A stretch of DNA of 56,260 nt, filler included, from Streblomastix strix (Eukaryota): assembly GCA_008636045.1 (NCBI GenBank). It is 3 parts of 3 records of this genome, joined end to end, with 100 filler letters (N's around TTAATTAATTAA, not from the genome) between each part and the next. Parts side by side here need not be neighbours in the genome. Positions count along the whole stretch, not along the records: positions 1 to 18,694 come from SNRW01000586.1; positions 18,795 to 37,481 come from SNRW01000587.1; 1 more part is not named here. One strand, given 5' to 3'. The notes beneath the pieces are model-generated. The model was not told where the DNA came from, did no database searches, and was given only the letters and a program-made list of their open reading frames with translations. The position numbers and the translations under genes were made by a program. Positions within the stretch are counted from its first letter, which is position 1; the number at the start of each line of letters is the position of its first letter. This document shows, piece after piece, positions 15,470 through 27,299 of this stretch.

Positions 15470-17346
15470 ATTTACATTCTCTTTTGTCTTGATTTCATAC
15501 AGCAACTACATGGGAACTAACAAAAATAACAGAATGATTGCTGGCATCTCATGTCCTTTCGCATATTAGATTCCAATTCTACAGTTCACCTATTATCCGG
15601 TTAATGTTGCATGATGGCAGTCTCGAAACGTTAACAAAAATAATGCTATTTCGAAAATATATGATGTTTAAAGTGCGGTATTGATTCACAAAACACATAA
15701 AGGGTTGGGACTAAAGTAAAAAACTATAGGAATACAATTCAATAGAATTTAATAACGACCGGTGGGATTTAGACGAGAATATTGCATATTGTTATAAATC
15801 CTCTAATTTCCAATAGTCCCACTTTCGCTATTGAGGAATATATATAATACATTCAATAATTTCCCCTATTCAGAGTACTTGAAATTTATTTGCTTTCAAT
15901 TAAGCAGTAATTGACAGATAATTTCGTTGATATTTCATTGTCATTTAAACTCTCTGCAAATACCTAGTACTCATTCGTTGATCATAAATTTCTTTTACGT
16001 CTTGTAAATATATTTACTAACGTTTCATCTAAAACTATTGACATTATTCACATAGCTGCTGAATGTCTAAATGAACACACTTGCTTTCTTTTAATACACA
16101 TCACGTCTAGTAATTTCTTTAATCATAATGAGCTTTTGTCATTATTGTGTGGTTTTGAAATATATTTATTCCATCACAATGTTCCATAATAATTTTTTCT
16201 AATCGATTACCAAAACATGTTATAAATTCTTATCTTTTAAACAAAGAAAATTGTTCTAGAGAGTATATTTTGAACTCCATTTTTTGGAAGTTTATAGTAG
16301 TGGAATCCAGATTTTGGTTTTGATTATAACTGCAAATCTACTTTATCAGCAATTTCACAAATTGCTGAATGTCTTAGAGATATTCCTTCGATTTCGGCTG
16401 GACTTAATGTACAAATAGTCATAAGGAGTGAAGTGAGTTTAGTCTACAGTTCAATGTTTGTCAAATTTCTGTTCGATCATCTTCCTTCTAAATAATCAAA
16501 TATTATTAATATATTCTAATTATCTTCTTATTTCTGATTAACGATCATGTGTGCTAAAATCGCTTTCCTGGCAAATTGGATCTTGTGATTATTCTTTAAA
16601 TCTATGTCGAATGTGAGTGAGAGCATTGAGGAGAGTCCATTAAGAAACTGAAGTGCTGAGCTTGCTGAAATGTTTACTGAAGTGAATTAAGCTAGTACCT
16701 CTGTTATAATGGTGCATCGTTTCAATGTTAATAAATCACTTATCGAATTTTGGCTTATTTGAGCTCAATTTCTCAGTTTTTCCAATGTTAATTAATATTT
16801 TCTTTGCATTTTGTATTTTTGACTGCATAAAATCATATCTATTGCTCCCTTATATTGATTTAAGGAATTTAGAATTCTTCATGTATATCTTTTTCCTTTT
16901 CTGGACCTCGATCCATCAAGAAACAACATATCTTACCTGGAGGGAGTTTCAAATTCTTCTTAATTAACGATGTTCCTGGTACCAGAATTTTGCTGCTCCA
17001 ACCAAACATAAGGGATTGAACATTCTGGTTTACCAATTCTGTGTACCATATCTAGCCTGGCCATAATGGAGCAAATATCATCGCTTCGATCTGTTCTTCT
17101 CCGATCTTCTTCAGAACTGCTGGAAGGAGAGGGATAGGAGGATGAATCCCTAGAAATTCCTTCTTCCATGTTTGGTTGAGTTCGTCGATTGCAATTTCTC
17201 TGTGTCTCTTTTTTTGCTGACATGAACCTATGGAGAAATTTGTTGAAGTGTGGTGAGAATAAGTCTATTGTCTAATTCAAATTTATCTGAAGACATATCT
17301 GTTATAAAATCTTGATCTTTAACTTATAATCTCCTGCTCCTGTCAG
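15470..17346 (-). mobile_element. DIRS 3' fragment (MTase-like domain + tyrosine recombinase), copy 2, tail-to-tail with copy 1
   Basis: Minus strand reads GDYKLK, IDLFS, IHPPIPLLP, PLWPGQIWY, LPPGKICCFLMD, then YR motifs SPAEIEGISLRHS and SFRHSAA; 5'-truncated. Confidence 0.85.
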
Positions 17347-17504
17347 TATATTTAATTCGTGCGCAATTTCGAGAAAAAATGAAAGCTCTAAAAGGATCAA
17401 ACGAAAAAAGTTGATGATGTTTGACATATCTAAATGTCTAAATATAATATATTTTCTGGTTTTTCGCATAATAATAGAAAATAATATTAACTATATTTAT
17501 TAAA

Positions 17505-17600
17505 GCAAAAATTAAAAAATTAATATACTAACATAGAATGTCACTATTATATAAGGCATATGCAAATACCTAATACTTACCATTGCGTGTACCTGTATCC
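17505..17600. repeat. Solo right arm of the TIR family that also bounds 43296-49004
   Basis: TTAATATACTAACATAGAATGTCACTATTATATAAGGCATATGCAAATACC...CCATTGCGTGTACCTGTATCC matches 48925-49004. Confidence 0.75.
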
Positions 17601-17734
17601 TTTTTTTTATAAATTTAATTTTAAGTAGAATATATTTTAAAATTCTAATTAAGAAATTAAATAAAATTAAATATATATAAATTAAATTTATATTTTTTCC
17701 AAAATATAATGATACTTATATCAAAAAAAATGGA

Positions 17735-17936
17735 AGTAGTATATAGTGTCGAAGTTTGCCCCAACGTATTAATTTATCTTTTTTAGCACTGGATAATGTA
17801 AAATCAATCTTTCATATTACGAATTCGGAATGCTTTTGCATCCTCATTCATAATATTCAAGCTTAATTTTGCAATTCACCAGTATCAATAAGGATAAATT
17901 AATAAGTTAGTTCAAACTTCGATACTATATACTACT
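17735..17936. mobile_element. Foldback/MITE: ~200 bp imperfect palindrome
   Basis: AGTAGTATATAGTGTCGAAGTTTG ... CAAACTTCGATACTATATACTACT; pairing continues to a central GAATGC-TTTT-GCATCC. Confidence 0.75.
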
Positions 17937-18290
17937 AATCATTGCCCCATCATTGTTTCATTACTGTTTGGCATTATACGAGGCCCTATATAATAAAATA
18001 AAAAATAAAAAAATTAATGATAAACGATAATTTTAAATATTGCTGTTCGTGTTTCATATTATATTAAATAAAAAAAATAAGATAAATAAATAAAATTAAA
18101 TGTGTTTAAAGTTTCCACCAAACGGAAATTTAAAAAATAAAGTGAAAAAAAATTTATTTATCGTTGGGGGCGAACTAGTTAAAAAAAGTTTTAAATTTAT
18201 GTTTATTTAAATTATAATAATACTATAAAGTAAAATTTGCATTTTGGGTATATGTTAATGCACATACACATATATTTTTGTGCAAACAAT

Positions 18291-18526
18291 AAAAAAGCCT
18301 CGTGCCAGCTTTGGCTGATACTACACCCAACACCTTATTTTTGGCTGCTGGGCGGACTTGGCCACTGTTCTTCTAAATTTTTGCAAGAACAGTTGGTCCC
18401 CCCGCTCGTAAAAAAATTAAAATGAACTGTTAATTTTTAACGAACGAAAGGACCGTGAGCGGGGGGTGTCGAACCTAGACACTCGACTGGGGACAGTGGG
18501 GGCCAAACCACTGAGCCACTACGGAC
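18291..18526 (-). ncRNA. Candidate Pol III structured ncRNA (tRNA-type internal promoter), copy A
   Basis: A box TGGCTCAGTGG (18518-18508) and B box GGTTCGACACC (18475-18465) at tRNA spacing. Stems CCCCCCGCTC/GAGCGGGGGG, ACTGTTCTT/AAGAACAGT, GTGTC/GACAC, CCCAGCA/TGTTGGG. T6 run at 18296-18291, with an internal T7 also present. Confidence 0.55.
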
Positions 18527-18576
18527 AACACTAATATTTATTCATTTAGTATTTAAATAATTTATGTAAATATAAA

Positions 18577-18694
18577 ATGAGTAATAAAAATAAAACAATT
18601 AACGAGGTAATCGATAATTTAAGTTTTAAACCAGATAAAATAAAACTGAAGGATTTTATTAGAAATATCAATAATTATTTTAATTAATAATTTA
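18577..18694 (+). CDS. N-terminus of an rve (Maverick/c-integrase-type) integrase, cut by the contig end
   Basis: MSNKNKTINEVIDNLSFKPDKIKLKDFIRNINNYF aligns with FIDGKAFKVDKIKLVDFIKNLNFVF at the start of the 36723 integrase. Confidence 0.65.
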
Positions 18695-18794
18695 NNNNNN
18701 NNNNNNNNNNNNNNNNNNNNNNNNNNNNNNNNNNNNNNTTAATTAATTAANNNNNNNNNNNNNNNNNNNNNNNNNNNNNNNNNNNNNNNNNNNN
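18695..18794. other. Artificial contig linker (N44-TTAATTAATTAA-N44)
   Basis: An identical 100-bp spacer recurs at 37482-37581. Confidence 0.95.
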
Positions 18795-20042
18795 ATAGTT
18801 CTTTTCTTCGCGAGCACATTGATTAGCTATCTTTTATTTAATTTGACTTTAACTTGTCGTCGAATTGTTTATCCTTCGCTTGTGTACCTTTAGAATGTTC
18901 TTTCAGGAAAGTGCTATTTATTAAAATAAGTGTTTTTTGGTTATTTTCCCCAATCTGTTGATCCTATTACATATTTTAGTCCATTTACTACTTCATCGTT
19001 AGCATCTTATAATTATTCACCTATCTAATTCTCACCTTTAATTTACAACATTTGTTATTATTAAACTTAGACATCCTAGTATACCCTTAATTTAAGCTAT
19101 TTTAACCAATAGACCGATTACTGAATTGAGAAATATTTGACCATTCGGATATGTTCACTGATTGAGGATTATTACTATTACGTATTGGTTTTGATTATGG
19201 ATAAAACTGATTATATTTATCATAATCATATATTTGTTACTATAAAACATCTTCTTCAGACGAAGTTTTGAAATACAATTAATCTCCGTTTATTACATTT
19301 AATACCCCAATATATTATTTTGGAGCCGATTCATCAAGATATTTATATTAAATATCAAAATTCGGTGGTAATGCTTTATTGCGCATGTAAATAAGTGGCT
19401 CAGCTAACCTATCGTTAACATTGTGCTCCTATATTCTTTATATTCTCTTTGGATCAATTGTTGGAGGTAATAGTGTTTATATATCATTAAATCGGGGATC
19501 ATTCATCTATTCATTTTCTTTCTCTAATCTATTAAAGTTCTCCTCTTATTCTTTTAACATTTGCGCTGTTTGCTCCTATTAATCCTCCAATAGCTAACAT
19601 ATATCATCATATGCAATTATTCTTTTCAATAAATGTTTGTCGTTAATTATTTTTTCTCAATTATTATCATATATTAATCTGTTTGCTTTATTTTAGCTGC
19701 TCGTAATTACCGAGTTTTTGAACGTTCTATGACCTTCTCTTTCTATTTTTAAATTTGGTTAAAAATTTTTAAATTCAGCCTCTAACTCTCGAAAAGATTA
19801 ATCACTAGATAATGTATTGGGTAGATTAATTTCATTAGTATGTCTCATATATATATGTCAAATAATTTTATAGCATATCTCATTCTTTTGGTACAATAAC
19901 TATATTTTGATAACGTTAATTTTGGTAATTTATTAACTCTACCTATTACTTATCTATTCTCTTCCTCAGTACTTTCACCAAAAAAGGAATATAATGATTC
20001 AAATTTTTTACTTTTAATTTTAGTTTTACTTTTACGCGACAT
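18795..20042 (-). pseudogene. Hypothetical Gln/Glu-rich viral protein
   Basis: ATG at 20042 (MSRKSKTKIKSKKFESLYSFFGE...); long coding-like frames with TGA and frameshifts; runs off the contig. Confidence 0.45.
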
Positions 20043-20399
20043 ATTTATAACACTTAAAAAAGATTACAATAAGCGTATAAGAATATATGATCTACAGCTA
20101 ATTTTTATCATTATTAGTATCATATGCTATAAAAGCTGACCCAGAGTTAGAATTGAGATTCTTATTGAGATAATTTAACAGAAGATTGTGAACGGATTAT
20201 TTGAAACTGATAATTGAAATAGCGAAAGAGGAAAGCTAGCAAGCAACGTTTAAATTAATGGAAGAGTTGAATATTAAATAGTGAGCTAATTTCCAAAAAT
20301 AATGAGCACCGCAAAATTTCGCGGGTTAAATTTTTTTTCAAAAACGGAAATAATTCCATAAATAAAACAAAGGTGCAATACATCTTTTTATTATTTTTG

Positions 20400-21567
20400 G
20401 AGTGACACCAATTTTAGGAGGCTCATTGATTATAATTCACTGATATTATATTTCCAACAACAAATTATTATACATATCCATATATTATTCTGGAACTTAT
20501 TTACCCATATTATCGTATAGTTTAAATACAACTTCTTTATTCATACCTATAATATTTGAATTAGATAACATATTCTGTAACCATACACCTGGCGTGCCAT
20601 TCAAATTCTAATTAAATACTACATTGCTGAATGCAGCGTTATCTTATACTTATAGCGCCATATCTCTCTATTAATTACTTACTGTCACAATTAACATTTG
20701 CGGATAGGCCATAAAATTACCGATAATTGGTGAATATATAGGTAGATTTTAATATAAATCGTCATTGTTATATATAATTTTATAATTCCATGTTTCTAAT
20801 ATCATTTATTTAATATGATTGTCTATTAATGAACCATTATATAGATCGCTAGTGTTAATTAGTTAGATATACATATTTTTTGACAGCTCTATTTATATCA
20901 CTTTATTCGGAACATCGAACTACTTTTTCGTAAAATTCATCTAATATTTATGGTATGAATTAACCAAGTTCTGATAGTCTTGATACATTAATATAAATAT
21001 AATACCATTCTGCTAATGACAGGGCAGATAATGAGAATATTAGCCTCACAGGAAATGTATTTATTAAATTAATAATTAATTACATACTTTAACTCTATAC
21101 ATTTATAGGTTATTATTGAGTAGTAATTCATCATTTATAAGAGCAATTTAGGTACCTGTATTATATTTAATTTTTATGCTCGTGGGTTGCAGTTCAACAG
21201 TAGTGATATAATTATCTTTTGCTGGACAATGTTTTTTAATTAGACAAATCATTAAATAAGCTATTGCCAACTAAGTATCTTATATCCAATAATGATAAAG
21301 AGCACAATCGAGTGTAATATTTATATAATTAATTGTAGCAGAACATATTTCATTACCTTTATTTTATTATAATGCGTAATAATTATCTAACTTTTATGTA
21401 TGTTCATTGTCTGATTAATTAAAGCTAATTGATCTACGATTAGTTTTATCGAATTAAAGAAAGTATTTTTCTTAATTATCGGTGAAACTATTAATATCAC
21501 TATTTTTTTTAAGTAAGTATTTTTTAGGGCATATATTGATATGATTAATGTGTTTCGTTATCGACAT
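20400..21567 (-). pseudogene. Putative minor capsid (penton) protein
   Basis: Near-continuous frame from ATG 21567 with one TGA. The C-terminus KEVVFKLYDNMGKQVP...NLLLEYNI resembles Polinton penton C-termini. The function is inferred from motif and context. Confidence 0.4.
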
Positions 21568-21982
21568 AATTGTTGTTGATTTGTTTGTTCATTTTAATTC
21601 TAATTGGCTGGAGCTCTTTAATAAGGGTTAATTAAAAACCACTTTGTATTTACTCTTATATCATTATTTTCTTACTATCTGTTGACTTTATATTCGATTT
21701 AATTTGTAAATAATCTTTGTTCAAGTAATAACATAAGTTTAGGGGTACATTACATGTACTGCTAACTTTGAACTAATTATAGCCTTATGGAATAGTTGTT
21801 TTTCAATTAGATAAATTTCTATTTCGATGATGAAGATAGTATTTATTTACCTGATACAGTCATTTAATTAACCAAATATAATAATCGCAGATTAAATGAA
21901 GTTATTAAAGACTATAATAAACAGCAAAATCATCTAACAATTAAAATAATGTGTCAATGTCGTCTTGCAATAAATTTATATG

Positions 21983-22546
21983 TCAAAGATTCATAGTTCT
22001 TTTAGCTCTTATTTTATGGATTTAATAACCTTTGCCGTTTATATCAGGGGCTTACACAAATAAAGCACCATTTAGTTTCACATAAACATGTAATTCTTTA
22101 TATTAACTACCATTTGACATATAGAACATATCTTCGCAAGGAGAAAAATATAATCCTTCAAATGTGTATCACCAGAATTAGCTTAGCTCAATATTATAAA
22201 TTAGTAATGTATCTAGAAATGTGTAGGTAATATTTTATCGGTTTGGTATTGTTTAATTCAGACAGTTATCTCTTCGTGTCAGCCATCTCAAATTGCTAAG
22301 TAAATTATTAGATCTATTATGATTGATATGATTGACCTATTTAGTATAATCATCTATACGAATTAATTAAATAGCAACAAGTCGGTAAAGACTTATAGTG
22401 TTGCCATTTAATTTGACCTATTAATATCCATTTTTCTTAGAATATATTTTATTAATGGCACCATCAGCTATTTATCTAATGGTCTATGGTTGTTATGTTG
22501 ATATTTCATGAGTAAAGATATTTCTTAGAATTACATATTGTTACAT
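21983..22546 (-). pseudogene. HNH (NUMOD4/HNH_3-type) endonuclease
   Basis: NGYQQVKLNG...RLVAIQ...VNHINHNRSNNLLSNLRWLTRRDN; 188 codons with one internal TGA. Confidence 0.8.
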
Positions 22547-23089
22547 TTTTTAGCTGAATAAAAAAATAAAAAAAAGGGCGAAAAAAATGTTTTTTATTTT
22601 TCATAATTGTTTTAATACTTTGTCAATATACATCTTAAATTATTTATATCATAAATGCTTTAATAAAGTTTCAATATACATCTTAAATTATACTTTATTT
22701 GTATCATAAGCAATTACATATTTACCTTATTCAATTAACTCCATATAAGTATAATTCTCTTCCAATTATTCCGTGGTATATAATTATATTACCGATTTAC
22801 TATTATCAATAGCACTATTATTATTTTTATTATTATTACTATTAATAACACTTTTCATCTTCTTTCCACGCTAGCAAAATTAAATTATATATACAAAAAT
22901 ATTAATAAAGACCAATTTTATATCTAGATAACCTCATAATTATTTGATTGGATTAATACATTCGATAGTTACACTAATACTTATAATAGATACAAAAAAA
23001 TTAATGCAATAAAATAAATAATTTAAAAATTATCTATATTACACTAATTGCATTCATTTAACTGGAATTAAATGACTCTATAGTAAATT

Positions 23090-24050
23090 AATTAAATATC
23101 ATTCGATTATCAATTGCTATTAGAAGAGTATAAGATAAGGCCATTTGTATCTCATTATATTTTTCTCATTAACGCCAATCGTTATATCTTTGGATCAGTT
23201 GGAAATGGAAAGACAAGATTAATGACAAAATTAATAGTATTATACAAACGATATTTTCATCCGTATACATTAAACTTCTGGAATTTTGGACCAGATGAAA
23301 TAATGACGATAAATATAAATACTAAATGGATAAAATTAATTAATTTAACATATGCAAATGCTTATACATTTCTTCCTTAATTTGATGAGATTAAATATAA
23401 AGTTATGGAGGTATTTACTTATTGGAAACTAAAAGAGAGTGAGAGATTAAATATGAATCAGATTATATTACTCGGATGAAAGAATAAATATTAGACAATA
23501 ATAAACAATAAAGAGACGAGACTGATAAATAATACCGACATAGAGTATCTGATATTTTCTAATCCGAATGTATAAAAATAATTAGTGAATATGGCTAGCC
23601 CAGTACGCTAATGCGATTTGGCATACCACCTATAATTAAAGGTGTTTAATATTCCAAGAAGCTAAAATTAGTAGAGTAAGATGGAGAATATGAATTCTAA
23701 AAAATATCTATATTAGCTAGTTCATCATTACTTTCTTCATTAATGATATTCGAAGATATCGGATAAAATACATGGTCGATTACTCATTTAGTTAGTGATA
23801 GTCGACATAGTAAAAATATTATATTCTTCTGTGCTTAATGTCCTCAATATTTATTTAAATATGCAAGAGTATTATGCGATGTGATAGCTGTTGGAGCTAA
23901 TATAGCCGAATAAGATTTGAAATAAATATACGATGAAAACAATGTAAGTGGGTTAAAGGAGCAAGAATTTATAATTATATATAACAATCCATAGAAATAT
24001 GAATTTATCATAATAAATAAATCACTTAAAAAAAATTCTATATATTAATA
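23090..24050 (+). pseudogene. A32/FtsK-like viral DNA packaging ATPase
   Basis: Walker A GSVGNGKT, Walker B-like LMIFED, SRH motif and FCAQ; a frameshift lies near 23450. Confidence 0.8.
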
Positions 24051-24284
24051 CGATAAAATAGATAGCGAATATGTTAGCGATGTCTGCGTTTTATGGGAAT
24101 TAGAACCAAAATTATTGACCAACGAAATTTCGAAGATTAACTTTTTCAAACATGAGGAAATAATAAATTAATGTATTACTTATTTTTGGGTAAATTCAGT
24201 TTTAAGAAAGAAGGAAAATACGAGTTAACGCTAATCGACTAATTCCAAAATGAAAAGAGAGGTGCAATTAACCTTTTATATATT

Positions 24285-26941
24285 TTTTGTCTTACGATGT
24301 TTTTATTTGTCCTAAGTGTTATATCCAATGACTTTCAAAGTCTAATAGCTTTGAGATAGAATGAAAGGTATAGACTAAGACTGTGGTTAAGGATAATTAA
24401 AGTTTAAATCGAAATCTTTGAAAGCAATAGCATATTTAATAGCATTCGCATTAGCGCAAGGACTCATGAAACTAAGCATATCGACCTTGTATTAATAGAA
24501 CCAAATAATGAGATTGTCTAACGGTTATATCATTATTGAGGTGTTTAATTTAATATGGTGCTATAGACAGTTTCATCTTGTAGCATAATTTTTAGCATCA
24601 TTGAGATATATTAAGTAATTATCATCAACCATAGTTTTATTTTTCAACATTGAATCAAATGCTTTAATAGGAAATCAGTATTATTTGATTAGCTCTTAAT
24701 TATAGTTATCATATGTAATACTTTCATACGGAAATAGTATTTTTGATTCATTGTCTTAGTCACCAAAATCCTTAGCGAAATTTGCTAAATCTCTAGGCTA
24801 AGGATAGCTCATTGCATCGATAAAATTGTTCTATTATTTAGTTTAGTTATATTCAACTATTGTCTGTTTACTCTATCCATAATTGCCAATGAAGCTTTAA
24901 ATTATCCATTTATCATTATGCAAGTATTTAGAGAATAAGGATTAATCAAATCTGTTAGAGTTGAACCCGATAATTGATACGTTATTCTTATATGGAATTG
25001 TTTCATTATCGTAACGATTATCTATTGAAGCCTATTTAGCTTCTTAGAATATATATTCGATCAATTAAGTTATAAAATCAACTCAATTGTGTAAGTCAAA
25101 ATAGAAAGTCTTTAAAGCTGCAAACCTATAGGTAGTTGCTATTTTCTTATATAAATTATCAAATTAGTATTATTCTTTCCATTTAAGTTTGACAATTGAT
25201 GCAACAAATAGGTGTTTTGATACTTAAATCCATTAGCTATTACAAATAATTTGATTATTAATGTTCTAATATTATTAATTATCTTTAAATATTGGTTTAT
25301 CGAAACAAGTATTAATTTTACATTCAATTGTTTCAAAATCATATGTAATGTAATATAATATAGGTTTAAGCAATTGTATTGCATTGTTTGCTAATAGATA
25401 AGCATAAGCTTAATTTCATTAGATATGAAGGACATATGGGAATGGTTATTCATCTAATTTTACTTTCTTAATTACTTTACTGTTATTAATCTTACATTAG
25501 CTATCATAATTTTCATAGTCTTTTTAGAAATGATCATCCTTTAGGTCAAATGATTATTAATAACAATGTGGATAGTATTTTTATCTCGTTAACCGATCAG
25601 TATTAGTTACATAGAATATATGATAAATATCTTAATTTTCATTCAATGATGAGACTAGTAGAATGTTAAATGTTAGAATAATTTCTTCTGCTTGTTCCTC
25701 TTATTATATTACAATTTCATCATCAATGTTAACATTCTTAATCTTATTGTATAATTTTATCTTACATAAGTAAAAGTATTTTTCATGATTGTCGCAACAG
25801 AACATATTAACGTTAATCTTCTTCTTAATAACGAATTGTTTTAACACTTAAATTACATCAAATCATTCATAATCGTTAATGAAAGAATCATATTACTTCT
25901 AGGTTATATTAAAGAATTCACGCATTTATTTTTTTGCTTCACACCTTATTTGATCAAATGATACTTTACCCTTTAATATGAATTTAGCATAAGGTAACCA
26001 GAAACAATTATTCAAATCAATAGCTTAATAAAATTGTTGATTTATATGAGATTTATAATGCATGTCAATTAGCTCTTACATACAAAGACCTGTTAGTGGG
26101 AATCTATTAATTTTCACCATCATTGAATATATACTAATGTACTTGTATATAGTTGTTTCAGTTATTTAAAAATCTTACATCTCAACTATACAACTTTAAA
26201 TGTACTATTTATTCAATACTATTGTTTCTTCATTAGTGATCATTGCAGGAGCATATTATTGTATATTTTTTTCTAACAAATGTTAATGATCATAGATAAA
26301 GTTACCATACGCAAATTCTTCACTAATTATACCAAATAAAAATTAAATCTTAAACGCTCTTCTATAATTTTCATTATATACAGTTTCAATTAAATTGTTT
26401 ATATCTTATACTGATATGATTTCATTATCGTAGTATGTTGTTGATATTACTTCATGAACTGTGATTACTTCTTCAGTATAATATCCTATTCGTGCTTTTA
26501 TTATCATTTCTTTACAATACTAGTATTCTTATGGTTCAGTGAACAATAAACATTTAAAATAATCATAGTTAAAATCATCATCTTCTATAATAGATTAATC
26601 TTTGAGTAAATATATCTTTTTTTATAACTCATCTATCTCATATCAAATAAAATGTTATAATCTAACGATTTTTATCTAGCTTCTTTAAAGTTAGCTGCTT
26701 TAATTATCTATTTCTATGTTTTGAGTAAGACTTCTTATATTACTTGATTTTACAATTGATCCATATATTTTTTGACCACAAATGAAATAATTTTAGTGAA
26801 ATTATAACTGCCTTATCGTTTAGAGAATCTAAATTCGATCAGTAATTTGGTCACTCTAGTCTTGAGTTATTTAATGGTTCCAATTGTTGCTAAAATAAAT
26901 ACTATTAATATAGATTATAATTGTGATTTAGTTATTGCCAT
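24285..26941 (-). pseudogene. Protein-primed family B DNA polymerase, N-terminal and exonuclease part (3'-truncated)
   Basis: NNCFW...HIFYV N-terminal region, ExoI YITYDFET, ExoII IIGFNSNRFD, FIDAMSY, FPYE. Several TGAs; the polymerase core is missing. Confidence 0.85.
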
Positions 26942-27299
26942 TTATATTAAAAATAAAAAAATGAAAAAAGAATTTATTTACCCAAAGATAAATAAACAAA
27001 AAATAATAATAAATTGTTTAAAATTATTTTTATTCATTATTTTTAGATTATCTTCTTCGTACTTCTGTTCCTCGTTGGCATCATAATTACCGCAAATTTT
27101 TGATTTTGATCTTCAACTTACTCCCCTCCTTCGAAAAAATTTAAAAATTCAATTAAATATCATTTTTGCTAAGAATGATGTTTTATCTTTGTTGAAACCA
27201 TGTATCGATAGGAATTGGTTTCTGAAGCGATAGATATGTGAATTTGCCTTACGATAATTGAAAGTAATATTTATATATAAATTAAAGTTAACATAAATA

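Larger units (their letters stand above)
18795..26941. mobile_element. Decayed endogenous Polinton/Maverick-like virus segment
   Basis: Intronless, tightly packed genes: hypothetical, putative penton, HNH nuclease, A32-like ATPase, pPolB. Confidence 0.8.

Noticed and set aside
18455..18526. Bona fide tRNA gene
   Set aside because: A/B boxes are present, but there is no 7-bp acceptor stem, no 7-nt anticodon loop, and the TTC is not in a canonical T-loop.
18739..18750. TTAATTAATTAA palindromic motif
   Set aside because: Synthetic six-frame-stop spacer, not biological.
18577..26941. Integrase as part of the adjacent Polinton segment (likewise 36723 integrase with the 38108 capsid gene)
   Set aside because: They are separated by artificial linkers between unrelated contigs.
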